Shown: positions 25,706 through 38,313 of the stretch, one piece after another | How positions within the stretch are numbered: the stretch's first letter is position 1 | Layout: each line of letters starts with the position of its first letter | DNA from: Octopus sinensis | Taxonomy: Eukaryota | Direction: 5' to 3' | Length of the DNA: 64,000 bases | Assembly: GCF_006345805.1 (NCBI RefSeq) | Contig: NC_043022.1 | Location: forward strand, 10,602,001 to 10,666,000 | Notes under the pieces: model-generated | Told to the model about the DNA's origin: nothing | Seen by the model: only the letters and a program-made list of their open reading frames with translations | The model's database searches: none | Made by a program: the position numbers and the translations under genes

Positions 25706-26068
25706 TAACTAAAAAAATGTATGATAGATTGCAGTCAATTCATTCTTTCTTACCTGTTTGTGGTCTGCCTTCCAAATGCTGTTTTTACTGAGATCTCCTT
25801 TTTAGTAGAAGAAATAGCTATAACCTTTGACTGCTATTTCTAAATTCGTATGTGGTAAGGCAACTCGTTGCTAAAACCCTTATTGCTTAGTATATATATA
25901 TATATATATATATGTAAATATATATATATATATGTACATATGCATGCACTCTCTACACACACACACATGTATATATAATTATGTATATATATATATATAT
26001 GTAAATATATATATATGTATATATCTATATATGTATATGTCTGTATATATATATGTAATATAGTATGT

Positions 26069-26099
<31 letters not shown>

Positions 26100-26208
26100 A
26101 TATATATATATACATATATATATATGTCTGTATACATGTATGTATATGTGTGTATATATATATATATGTATATATACGTATATATATGTATATATATATA
26201 CATATATA

Positions 26209-26250
<42 letters not shown>

Positions 26251-26765
26251 GTATATGTGTGTATGTATATATATGTGTATGTATATATATATGTGTATAT
26301 GGATATATGTGTATATATGAATATATGTACATCTGCACACAACAGCAACACACATGGCAGACTGACAGTAATACATTAATGAAAGGAGATTTGATATAGA
26401 TTAATTGAAACCTGATCCAACAAAACCAAGAGGAAGTATCATAAAGATAAAGGTATGGTTACACCCTCATGCGTTCTTGGATGTGTTTACACATTCTGAC
26501 ATATCTATTTACACACAAATGCACATACGCACACACATATATGTGTGTATACATATATTATATACATATATAGTATATGGGTTATATAATATATATATAT
26601 TATTATATAGTATATATATATATAACATATATATATAATATATATTTATAATATATATATATATATTATATAATTTATATATATATATATTATATATACT
26701 CAATATTATAAACACATATATATATATATGTTTTCTCCATTTTCTAATTATTACAACAAACAATA

Positions 26766-27179
26766 GGCGCAGGAGTGGCTGTGTGGTAAGTAGCTTGTTT
26801 ACCAACCACATGGTTCTGGGTTCAGTCCCACTGCGTGGCACCTTAGGCAAGTGTCTTCTACTATAGCCTCGGGCCGACCAAAGCCTTGTGAGTGGATTTG
26901 GTAGACGGAAACTGAAAGAAGCCCGTCGTATATATGTATATATATATATGCCTGTGTTTGTTTGTGTGTTTGTGTTTGTCCCCTAGCATTGCTTGACAAC
27001 CGATGCTGGTGTGTTTCTGTCCCCGTTACTTAGCGGTTCGGCGAAAGAGACTGATAGAATAAGTACTGGGCTTACAAAAGAATAAGTCCTGGGGTCGAGT
27101 TGCTCGATTAAAGGCGGTGCTCCAGCATGGCCGCAGTCAAATGACTGAAACAAGTAAAAGAGTAAAAGAGTAAAAGAGA
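26766..27179 (+). mobile_element. CORE-like SINE family A, full length
   Basis: Complete head, CORE-like box and (AAAGAGT)n tail. Abuts the 5'-truncated RTE. Confidence 0.85.
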
Positions 27180-27184
27180 GAGTT

Positions 27185-29865
27185 AGCCAAATCGACTACA
27201 TCCTTGCCAGAAAAAGGGAAAGATGGCTGCTTATAAATGCCAAAACCTTCCCAGGCGAAGAATGTACCCCACAACATAGAATGGTAGTCAGTGACTTTAT
27301 GATCAGGACTAAGAGGACGACTAGAAGACGACCAACATGGAGAAGAAGGGTCTGGAAGCTTAAAGACCCTGCAAATGGACAGAGATTTAAAGACATGTTA
27401 CTTGAAGCCTTCGACGAAATAGAAGGGGGTATAGCTACACATGGGGTAGAAGATAACTGGGCGCTTCTAAGGGACAACCTGCTGAAAGCCACTGACCAGA
27501 TCTGTGGCTGGTGCAAAGTCCCCACAAGACCCAAAATAACATGGTGGTGGAACAATACTGTTGACAGGGCTATTAGACAAAAGAAACAGGCTTGGAAGGA
27601 CTGGAAGAACGGTGGTAGCAGGGAAGTGTATCAGACTGCAAGAAGGGAAGCTAGGAGGCAGGTTTATTTAGCCAGAGGGGAAGCAGATAAGAATAAATTT
27701 GCCAATGTCCTGCGCCGTGAGGATGAAAGACTTGAGGTATTTCGTATAGCAAGACAGTGTGTGAGAGAGAATCGTGACGTGGTAGAAAAATGTGTTCGCA
27801 CGGATGACGGCTCACTTGCGCTAAATGAGGATGCAAAGAGAGAGGTTTGGAGAAGCCACTATGAAAGGTTGCTGAATGAGGAAAATGAATGGGATAAAGA
27901 GAGTCTGCCGAATGTTGACCCAACAGAGGGACCAGCAATCCAAGTTGACAGTTCCTTAGTAGTTAAGGCAATTACAAGCATGAAAACAGGGAAAGCCCCA
28001 GGCCCATCAGGAATTACTGCAAAGATGCTCAAAATATCTGGTAGTGTCGTCTATAGCCTAGTCACCCGTATAGTTAACCAGGTGATACACGAAGGAGTCA
28101 TTCCCAATGACTGGTGTAGCAGCATAATAGTCAACTGCTACAAAGGTAAAGGTGACGGCCTAGATACAAATAACTACAGGGGTATCAAGCTGCTGGATCA
28201 GGTAATGAAGGTTACGGAGAGGGTTATAGCCCAATAATTAGAGAGAGAGTTAGCCTAGATCAGATGCAGTTTGGGTTCGTGCCAGGGAAAAGTACTACTG
28301 ATGCTATTTTCATGGTAAGACAGCTACAGGAAAAATACCTAGCCAAAGACAAGCCCCTATACCTGGCTTTTGTTGATATGGAGAAAGCCTTCGACAGGGT
28401 CCCCCGATCCCTTATCTGGTGGTCAATGAGGAAACTAGGGATAGGTGAATGGTTAGTGAGAGTTGTACAAGCCATGTACAGAGACGCTGCTAGTAAGGTG
28501 AGGGTTGGCATCGAGTACAGTGAAGAATTCAGGGTAGAGGTTGGGGTCCACCAAGGTTCAGTCCTCAGTCCCCTCCTATTTATCATAGTCCTCCAGGCAA
28601 TAACGGAGAAATTCAAGACAGGATGCCCCTGGGAGCTCCTCTATGCTGATGACCTTGCTCTAATTGCTGAGTCTCTATCAGAACTAGAGGAGAAGTTTCA
28701 GGTATGGAAGCAAGGTTTAGAATCGAAGGGCCTTAGAATCAACCTAGCCAAAACCAAAGTCCTAATAAGTAGGAAGGTAGACCAATCACAAACGCCTTCA
28801 GGTAGATGGCCCTGCTCGATCTGTAGAAAAGGCGTAGGTAGAAACTCTATAAGATGCACCAAATGTAAGCTATGGACACATAAGAGATGTAGTAATGTCA
28901 AAGGAAGACTAACTAGGAAAATAGTTTTTATCTGTGGCAGATGCTCAGGAGCAATAAACTCTGAAAATATGCAGAGACCAACTTCTTCCACGTTCCAGGG
29001 AGAAAAACTAGAAGCAGTTGATAGCTTCCGCTACCTAGGTGACCAAATCAGTAGCGGGGGCGGGTGTGCTGCAAAGTAAAAGGCAGACTGTATGATGCAT
29101 GTGTACGTACAGCCATGCTACATGGTAGTGAAACTTGGGCTGTGACTGCTGAGGATCTGCGTAAGCTCGCAAGAAATGAAGCTAGTATGCTCCGATGGAT
29201 GTGTAACGTCAGTGTTCATAATCGACAGAGTGTAAGTACCTTGAGAGAAAAGTTGAGCCTAAGAAGCATCAGTTGTTGTGTGCAAGAGAGACGTTTGCGC
29301 TGGTGTGGTCATGTGATGAGAATGGCTGAAGATAGTTGTGTGCGAAAGTGCCACACCCTGGCAGTTGAGGGGACCTGTAGAAGAGGTAGACCCAGGAAAA
29401 CCTGGGTCGAGGTGGTGAAGCATGACCTTTGAACTTTAGGTCTCACCAAGGAAATGACCAGAGACCGAGACCTTTGGAAGTATGCTGTGCGTGAGAAAAC
29501 CCGGCAATCAAAATCACGTAAAAGCACCATCCGTTCGTGTCCGTTGCCAATCTCGCCTGGCCCCTGTGCCGGTGACATGTAAAAGCACCATCCGTTTCGT
29601 GGCCGTTTGCCAGCTCTGTCTGGCCCCCGTGTTGGTGGCACGTAAAAGCACCATCCGTTTGCCAGCTCTGTCTGGCACCTGTGCGGTTGGCACGTAAAAA
29701 GCACCCACTACACTCACGGAGTGGTTGGCATTAGGAAGGGCATCCAGCCGTAGAAACACTGCCAGATCTGACTGGGCCTGATGAAGCCTTCCAGCTTCAC
29801 AGACCCCAGTTGAACCGTCCAACCCATGCTAGCATGGAAAACGGATGCTAAATGATGATGATGAT
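27185..29865 (+). mobile_element. 5'-truncated RTE-clade LINE (APE end, RT, Cys/His finger, 3' UTR), frameshifted
   Basis: ORFs 27281-28237, 28264-29079 (QFGFVPGKST, VDMEKAFDRV, HQGSVLSP, LYADD) and 29064-29432. The 3' UTR ends in (GAT)n. Confidence 0.95.
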
Positions 29866-29899
29866 ATATATGTGTGTGTGTGTATCATCATCATCATTT

Positions 29900-30008
29900 C
29901 TTTCTTGCATTTAAGCATTCATCAGGTTCAGATTGTGACAGGAATGCTTCGACTGTCGAAGTGTTCCTGTCACAATCTGAACCTGATGAATGCTTAAATG
30001 CAAGAAAG
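29900..30008. repeat. 109-bp palindrome
   Basis: Centre at 29954. The only deviations are two adjacent pairs that form G-U wobbles in RNA. Confidence 0.95.
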
Positions 30009-30020
30009 TATACTAGTTCA
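29978..30020 (+). ncRNA. Minimal type I hammerhead motif
   Basis: UGAAC CUGAUGA A UGC UUAAAU GCA A GAAA GUAUAC UA GUUCA. Perfect 5-bp stem I and palindromic stem III. Confidence 0.65.
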
Positions 30021-30233
30021 ATGAGAATAGACATTTAATATTCAATTTTCAATATTTCATTTGTTCAATAAAACAATCAACACTTCATTTCATTTCTTTC
30101 TTACCATATATTCTTCTATATCCTATATTGATATTATAAGAATATAAATAAAACATACAAAACAGACAGAGTTGGAATTCCTTTGAGTAATATAGTCTTC
30201 TATACACAATCATACAAACCACTTTGTATATAA

Positions 30234-30268
<35 letters not shown>

Positions 30269-30270
<2 letters not shown>

Positions 30271-30433
30271 GGAGTGAACACATAAATGTGAAACAAGGTG
30301 GAAAAAAGCGTACTCAAATACCAGAGGTAGAGTAATATGTTTAATTTAAAAGCAGCAGAAATTAACAAAAGCTGTTACTCGGAGTTTCACGTCCCTGAGT
30401 AACAGGTTTTGTTAAATTTCTGCTGCTTTTAAA
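30269..30433 (-). mobile_element. Second copy of the 3858 PLE-like family with a shorter fold-back
   Basis: Arms 30345-30380 and 30397-30433. (TA)n on both sides. Confidence 0.6.
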
Positions 30434-30462
<29 letters not shown>

Positions 30463-30468
<6 letters not shown>

Positions 30469-30893
30469 TTTCCAGTACGCTGCCGTAATCTCTTTTATAG
30501 AGACTTAGTAATTTTAATATTTCTATTATTGAAAACAAGTGGATGTATTCCACGGAAACTAGGTAAATAGATTCTTCGAACAGGGACAGTCAGTAGCGAC
30601 ACCTGCTGGGTCTGACTACGCTGCATTGATAAAGGGCAAATACCCTGAAACGTGTCTGCAGCTGTCTGACTGGCAGGATGAAGCGGCTGACCTACCCTGT
30701 TCGAAGGTTTATAATGAACGGAGTTTGTGTGTCAAATAGCTAGCTTGAGGCGATGGCCTCATGGAGCTAATCAGCGACAGCTTTAGCCTTATATTTATAA
30801 GACTGCCATATTAGAATGGCGATAACTATTAATTTCCAGTAACGCTGCCGTAATCTCCTTTAGGGAGACTTAGTAATTTTAATATTTCTATTA
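30463..30893 (+). mobile_element. ~364-nt retrozyme/PLE-pLTR-like unit with 66-bp terminal direct repeats
   Basis: 30463-30528 is repeated at 30827-30893. Degenerate HHR at 30620-30662. Flanked by (TA)n. Confidence 0.7.
30620..30662 (+). ncRNA. Degenerate minimal type I hammerhead motif
   Basis: GCUGCA UUGAUAA AGGG CAAAUA CCCU GAAA CGUG UC UGCAGC. Perfect stems I and II; two transitions in the CUGAUGA box. Confidence 0.65.
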
Positions 30894-30907
30894 TATATAT
30901 AATATAT

Positions 30908-30953
<46 letters not shown>

Positions 30954-32614
30954 AACTATATTTGCAATGTAAGTTTATGCAAATATTCTAAGTGTTTTCG
31001 GTTTTGAAAAGTAAAGAGGCACTTCATCAGACCTGCATGTGTGTGTGTGTAACTGTGGCAACTCCTGTTACTTGAGCCAGAAGCATACAATTCTGAAAAT
31101 CAATTCTGTATATTTAAAGGCCGTATCATATGCCATCTGTGTACCTTATTTCAGATTTTAAAAAAAGACTAAAATGAAGGTTTGTTATTTGCATTGATTT
31201 TTATATCTTGGGCATGTCTTGCATTTATTAATGAAACCTTGCAGATGTGTGTTTGTGTTTGTATTTATGTCATCATCATCCTAAGTCTGTTTAAGACAGC
31301 AAGCTGGCGGAATTGTAAGCCTTGCAAGATTTCCTTTCATTCTTTCATAGTCGATAAAAGAAGTAACAGTTGAGCAGTGAGTTTCCCCTTACTTTCGAAA
31401 TCCCTGGCCCTTAGAATTTGCATCACCAGTCTGGAACCCTTATCCTGCTTGGCATACCAATCTCCTGGAATCAATGTCCATATTCAGAATCCGTGCCGGT
31501 GGCATGTAACAAGCACCATCCAAACGTGGCCGATGCTAGTGCCGCCTTGACTGGCTTCTGTGTCGGTGGCACATAAAGAGCACCAACTGATCATGGCCGC
31601 TGCCAGCCTCCCTTGGCACCTGTGCCAGTGGCACGTAAAAAGCACCCACTACACTCATGGAGTGGTTGGCGTTAGGAAGGGCATCCAGCTGTAGAAACAC
31701 TGCCAGATCAGACTGGAGCCCAGTGCAGCCTCCTGGCTTCCCAGACCCCGGTCAAACTGTCCAACCCGTGCTAGCATGGAAAACGAATGTTAAACGATGA
31801 GAAAGATGCAACCAGATGAATACCTGCCATGAAGCATCTACCATGCTCTGAATATCTTGCTCTGAACATTAAAGTGCCAGCATCTGGCAACTGACTTTTT
31901 ACACACCCACAACACTATCCACTATCTTCCCAACAACAACCTTGGACACCTTTTTGAATTCCATACATATAACACTTGTGGTTATGCTCACAAAATCAAA
32001 AACACAACACAGCATCCATGACTTTCAGAAACATTTTTTCATGCTCAGAATTGCTGAAGCATGGAATAAACTATCCGCATCAATTGTTAGTCATCAAGAC
32101 AATACATCCTTCAAAACTTCCAGGTTTCCTGAAATTCATGAACAGTACACCTGATACCCTTCACCCTGCCACATCCTCGTTTTTGTTTGATTTTGTTAAA
32201 GACTTATTCTCTGTTCACTTCCTGTGCATATCCTATGTACTGTTCATGCAGTTTCGGTTTGAGTTATGGTGCACCTGAGCACTGTATACTGTAAGTTCAT
32301 TCTAAATTGTGCCAAAATTAGGGTTATTTTATGTATTTTCCATACTGACATGGGATAGATGGATCATCACTGTTTGATTCGGTATTTGTTTAGGGTTACT
32401 ACCTTCCTAGGCATAGCATAGGGGCCTGTGCTGTCATGGGTATATGCTTAAGGAGTTCATTTTTCAGCCACTTTCCTATGTATTCATATGTGGGTGGGTG
32501 TGCGTGTTTGCATGTATGTATATGTATGCATGCATGTATCAATATGTATGTATGTATATATATATATATATATATACATACATACATATTGATACATGCA
32601 GAAATGTTAGCATA

Positions 32615-32655
<41 letters not shown>

Positions 32656-33521
32656 CATACATATTGATACATGCAGAAATGTTAGCATGCCAGTTGACTT
32701 TGCCTTTCATCCTTTTGGGGTCAATTAAATAAATACCAGTTATGCACTGGGGTCGATGTAATTGACTTAATCCCTTTGTCTGTCCTTGTTTGTCCCCTCT
32801 ATGTTTAGCCCCTTGTGGGCAATAAAAACATAAAAATATGTATATATGTATGTATGCTTTGTGTATATGTATATATATATATATATGTTTATATATATAT
32901 ATGTGTATATATATGTGTGTATATATATATATATGTATGTATATATATATGTATATATATATCACCGATATCACCGTGACCGACCAGTCTATCAGATGTT
33001 GATACACATCGCTGGTCACAATGTGCTTCGCATTGTTTTAGCCTTCAAATGACGCCATCCCGCTGGCTAAGCGAGCAGGCCAAAGGAAGAAAGAGTGAGA
33101 GAAAGTTGTGGCGAAAGAGTACAGCAGGGATCGCCACTACCCCCTGGCAGAGCCTCGTGGAGCTTTTAGGTGTTTTCACTCAATAAACACTCACAACGCC
33201 TGGTCTGGGAATTGAAACCGCGATCCTATGACTGCGACTCTGCTGCCCTAACCACTGGGCCAATGCACCTCCACACACACATGTTTGTATGTGTATCACT
33301 CAGCTGGCAAAAATGAGTTGTACTTGTATTTCAAAGGACCAGCCTTGTCATTCTATGTCATGCTGAATCTCCTTGAGAACTATGTTAAGGGTACATATTA
33401 CATATGTCTGTGGAGCACTCAGCCACTTGCACATTAATTTCACAAGCAGGCTGTTCCATTGATCAGATCAACTGGAACCTTCATTGTCATAAGCGATAGA
33501 GTGCCAGTTTGTATGATATAT

Positions 33522-33624
<103 letters not shown>

Positions 33625-33628
33625 ATAT

Positions 33629-33673
<45 letters not shown>

Positions 33674-33947
33674 GCCCAAAAGTAGGTTTACAGTTGTCAC
33701 GTAGGCACTTTAAAAACATTTTATTACATTTAAATTTCTGTCTTACAATTAACTAAATTAGCATTGAATGATGCTTTCATATTTATTCATAATTAAGATC
33801 TGAACTGTTGATATATGAATGCAAAAGAGATAGTTGAATAACTGTAAACCTACTTTTGGGCCCCCCTCTCTCTCTTTCTTCCTATATATATATATATAAT
33901 GTATATACATACATATATATATATGTATATGTGTATGTCTATATAAT

Positions 33948-33982
<35 letters not shown>

Positions 33983-34035
33983 ATGTATATATATATATAT
34001 GTATATATATATGTATATATATATATGTGTGTCTG

Positions 34036-34093
<58 letters not shown>

Positions 34094-34264
34094 TACACAT
34101 ATGTATGTATGTAGATATAGCCACAGCTGGCGTTCATCACAGGTCTAGCAAATGAGGGATGTCCTATAGCTAACAACATGAACAACAACTGACAAGAGTT
34201 TTGTTTTTACTATGGTAATGTCTTAGCTAAAGAGACCAAGAGAAGGAAAGAATGAATAAGAGAA

Positions 34265-34299
<35 letters not shown>

Positions 34300-35501
34300 G
34301 TCTTAGATACACTGCAGGCAGGCATTCTGTAGATTTTTAGATTTCCAAGGTGGGGGTAGAAAATGCTCAATTCCACATTTCATCAGAGGCCTTAGATATT
34401 GTTGATGTTGTTGTTTTTCTTGAGTATTGCTAACATGTATTGAGTTAAATTAATATTATTATGTTTTATGCAGGGAGCATTAATTAGCTGCCAAGAACTA
34501 ACTCTATGGTGAGACAGATAAACTGGCTGACAGATGAATTAGTGTTAAAATATTCATTGCAGGTAACATTAACCAGAAATAATTATAAAGTGGGACAGAG
34601 AAGCCGATAGTTAGTGTTAACATAAATACTGGGATCATTAAAAGCTAATTGGAAATAGTGATGTGGTTAGACAGACAGACAGATTGATAAGTTAGTGTTA
34701 AAATATTCAGTGTAGGGAGGATTAAAAAGCTAATTAAAAATAATTGACACTAATGACTACACCCAGCAGATTATTTGATAAGAAGACCCTAAGATTATCC
34801 ACCACTTTTCCAACAATTTTGGCCACATTCTTGAATTCATCACCTCGGCTACTTGTAGACATGTTTTGTCATCATCATCATCACCGCTGCCACCGCCACC
34901 ACCACTCTGCACTCTGCTGGTGGCACGTGAAAAACAACATTCGAGCATGGTTGTTGCCAGTGCCACCGAACTGGCTCCCATGCAGGTAGTACATAAAAAA
35001 CACCTTTGAGCATGGTTGTTGCCAGAACCGCCTAACCGTCTCTCATACTGGTGGCACGTAAAAGCACCCACTATGCTCTCGGAGTGGTTGGCATTAGGAA
35101 GGGCATCCAGCTGTAGAAACTTTGCCAGATCAGATTGGAGCCTGGTGCAGCCTCTGGCTCACCAGTCCTCAGTCCAACTATCCAACCCATGCCAGCATGG
35201 AAAGCAGACATTAAATGATGATGATGTTATATGTATACATTTCAGTTACAACTATGATGTAAGTACAACATATTTTTGTCTATATCCTTAGCTTCTAGAT
35301 CTTAGGTAAAATTATACTAATGTGTCCTTCTGTCCTAATTTAATTAAATTCTATGTTTTTGTGCAGCTGAAGATTGCTCTACATTTTAAATTGATGTAAT
35401 GAAATGATTGCATTGTTCAATTAAATGGAGTTGCATGAAACAATCGTACTGCATTACCTCTGGATATCCTTGTTGCTTATTTTGATTTATATATATATAG
35501 A

Positions 35502-35910
35502 TGCAGGAGTGGGTGTGTGCTAAGTAGCTTGCTTACCAACCACATGGTTCCGGGTTCATTCCCACTGCGTGACACCATGGGAGAGTGTCTTCTACTATAG
35601 CCTCAGGCCGACCAAAGCCTTGTGAGTGGATTTAGTAGATTGAAACTGAAAGAAGCCCGTCATATTTATGTATATATATATGTGTGTGTGTGTATATATG
35701 TTTATGTGTATGTGTTTGTCCCCCAACATCGCTTGACAACCAATAGTGGTTTGTTTACGTCCCCGTAACTTAGCAGTTCGGCAAAATAGACCGATTGAAT
35801 AAGTACTAGGCTTCCAAAGAATAAGTCCTGGGGTCAATTTGCTCGACTAAAGGCGGTGCTCCAGCATGGCTGCAGTCAAATGACTGAAACAAGTAAAAGA
35901 TAAAAGAAAA
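35502..35910 (+). mobile_element. CORE-like SINE family A
   Basis: Full head-to-tail match to other copies. Confidence 0.8.
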
Positions 35911-36886
35911 GAGTAAAAGATATATATATAGTACTAACAGAAAAGGAGGAATTTCGATTATCCCCGCGTGGTGGCTAATTATGTTGTGAGACATATATGG
36001 AAATAAATAAGCAAACAGGTAAATTAGTAAATAGAAATAACCGGCTCTCATGCTGGTGGCACGTAAAAGCACCCACTATGCTCTCGGAGTGGTTGGCATT
36101 AGGAAGGGCATCCAGCTGTAGAAACTTTGCCAGATCAAGATTGGAGCTCGGTGCAGCTATCTGGTTTGCCAGTCCTCAGTCAAATTGTCCAACCCATGCT
36201 AGCATGGAAAGCGGACGTTAAACAATGATGATGATGATGACAAACATGCATACCCTTAATGTAGTTCTCAGGGAAATTTAGCATGACACAGAATGTGACA
36301 AGGCTGGCCCTTTGAAATACCGGTACAACTCATTTTTGCCAGCTGAGTGGACTGGAGCAATGTGAAATAAAGTGTCTTACTCAAGGATACAGTGCACTGG
36401 CCGGAATTGAGCTCACAGCCTTATGATTATGAGCCGACTACTCTAACCACTATGCCATGCGTGTTCACAGATAAGTAGATAAATATATAGACAGATAAAT
36501 TAGTGTTGATACATTGATGCAGCGAACATTGAAAAGTTAATTAGAACTAATTATGTGATGATACATAGAGGTTGATAAATAAATAGACTGATAAATTAAT
36601 GCTGTGAGATTAATAAATAGACTGGCAAATAAGGAAGTTACAGTTAGCATGACTTAATGTAGAGAGCATCAAAAGCTATGTCTGAACCAGTTTCTGGAGG
36701 ATGAATAAGAGAAGTGAATTTCACATGGAAATAGGAATCATGATGTCGAATGCTTATTCAGTTTGATTGAGTTTTGTCATCATTGTAAGGCAAATATGAG
36801 AGAAAGCAAACTGCAGTCCAAACTGCAACAGAAACAATTAATACAATTTAAACAGCAATAGCGAAGTAATACAATACACATTGTAA

Positions 36887-37084
36887 ATACACAGCGATGG
36901 TACAATTGCTGATATAACAATATGGTTATTATATTGGAATACAAACAATCGTCCATAGTCATTCAATAGTCTTCGTAGTCGTAAGAAAGCAGTGTTTAGA
37001 GGGGGAGGGAGAGAGAGGGAAAGGGGGAGGTATTCCTTTATTTAGTCATGTCAACATAGATGTACTTTTATACGATAATAGTGG

Positions 37085-37115
<31 letters not shown>

Positions 37116-37521
37116 CTATATATATTATATATATATATATATATAATATTTATATATATATATATTTATATATATATATATATTTATATTATATTATATA
37201 TATTTATATATCTATATATATATCTATATATATAGATATAGATATATATATTATATATATATCATCATCATCATCATTGTTTAACGTCCGTCTTCCGTGC
37301 TAGCACAGGTTGGATGGTTCGACCGGGCTCTGCGAAGCCAGGAGGCTGCACCAGGCTCCAGTCTGATCTGGCAGTGTTTCTACAGCTGGATGCCCTTCCT
37401 AACGCCAACCACTCCGAGAGTGTAGTGGGTGCTTTTTACGTGCCCCCACCGGCACAGAAAAGCCAATATATATATGATATTATAGTATATATATATATAT
37501 ATATGTATGTATATATATATA

Positions 37522-37565
<44 letters not shown>

Positions 37566-37712
37566 ATATATGTATGTTATATATATATAGTATATATATA
37601 TATATATATAATATATATATGTATGTATATATATATATATATATATGATATATATATATATATATTATATATATGTGTCTGTATATAAGATATATATATA
37701 TATATATGTGTG

Positions 37713-37770
<58 letters not shown>

Positions 37771-37976
37771 TGGCTTCTGTGCCGGGGCACATAAAAAGCA
37801 CCCACTACACTCACGGAGTGGTTGTCGTTAGGAAGGGCATCCAGCTGTAGAAACACTGCCAGATCAGACTGGAGCCTGGTGCAGCCTCCTGGCTTCGCAG
37901 AGCCCGGTCGAACCATCCAACCCGTGCTAGCACGGAAGACGGACGTTAAACAATGATGATGATGATGATGATGATG

Positions 37977-38036
<60 letters not shown>

Positions 38037-38240
38037 CTTAGAACTACTATTATCGTATAAAAGTACATCTATGTTGACATGACTAAATAAGGAATACCTC
38101 CTCCTTTCCCTCTCTCTCCCTCCCCCTCTAAACACTGCTTTCTTATGACTACGAAGACTATTGAATGACTATGGACGATTGTTTGTATTCCAATATAATA
38201 ACCATATTGTTATATCAGCAATTGTACCATCGCTGTGTAT
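36887..38240. repeat. ~1.35-kb inverted duplication with TA-rich centre
   Basis: 36887-37087 is mirrored at 38037-38240. RTE 3' UTR pieces 37261-37470 and 37770-37975 are also mirrored. Confidence 0.9.
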
Positions 38241-38265
38241 ATATATGTATATATATATAATATAT

Positions 38266-38313
<48 letters not shown>

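Larger units (their letters stand above)
23217..25893. mobile_element. Tandem array of a ~597-bp hammerhead-containing unit (retrozyme/PLE-like) with terminal inversion
   Basis: Units start at 23217, 23815, 24409 and 25009 (partial, to 25147). 25148-25893 is the same repeat inverted. Confidence 0.9.
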
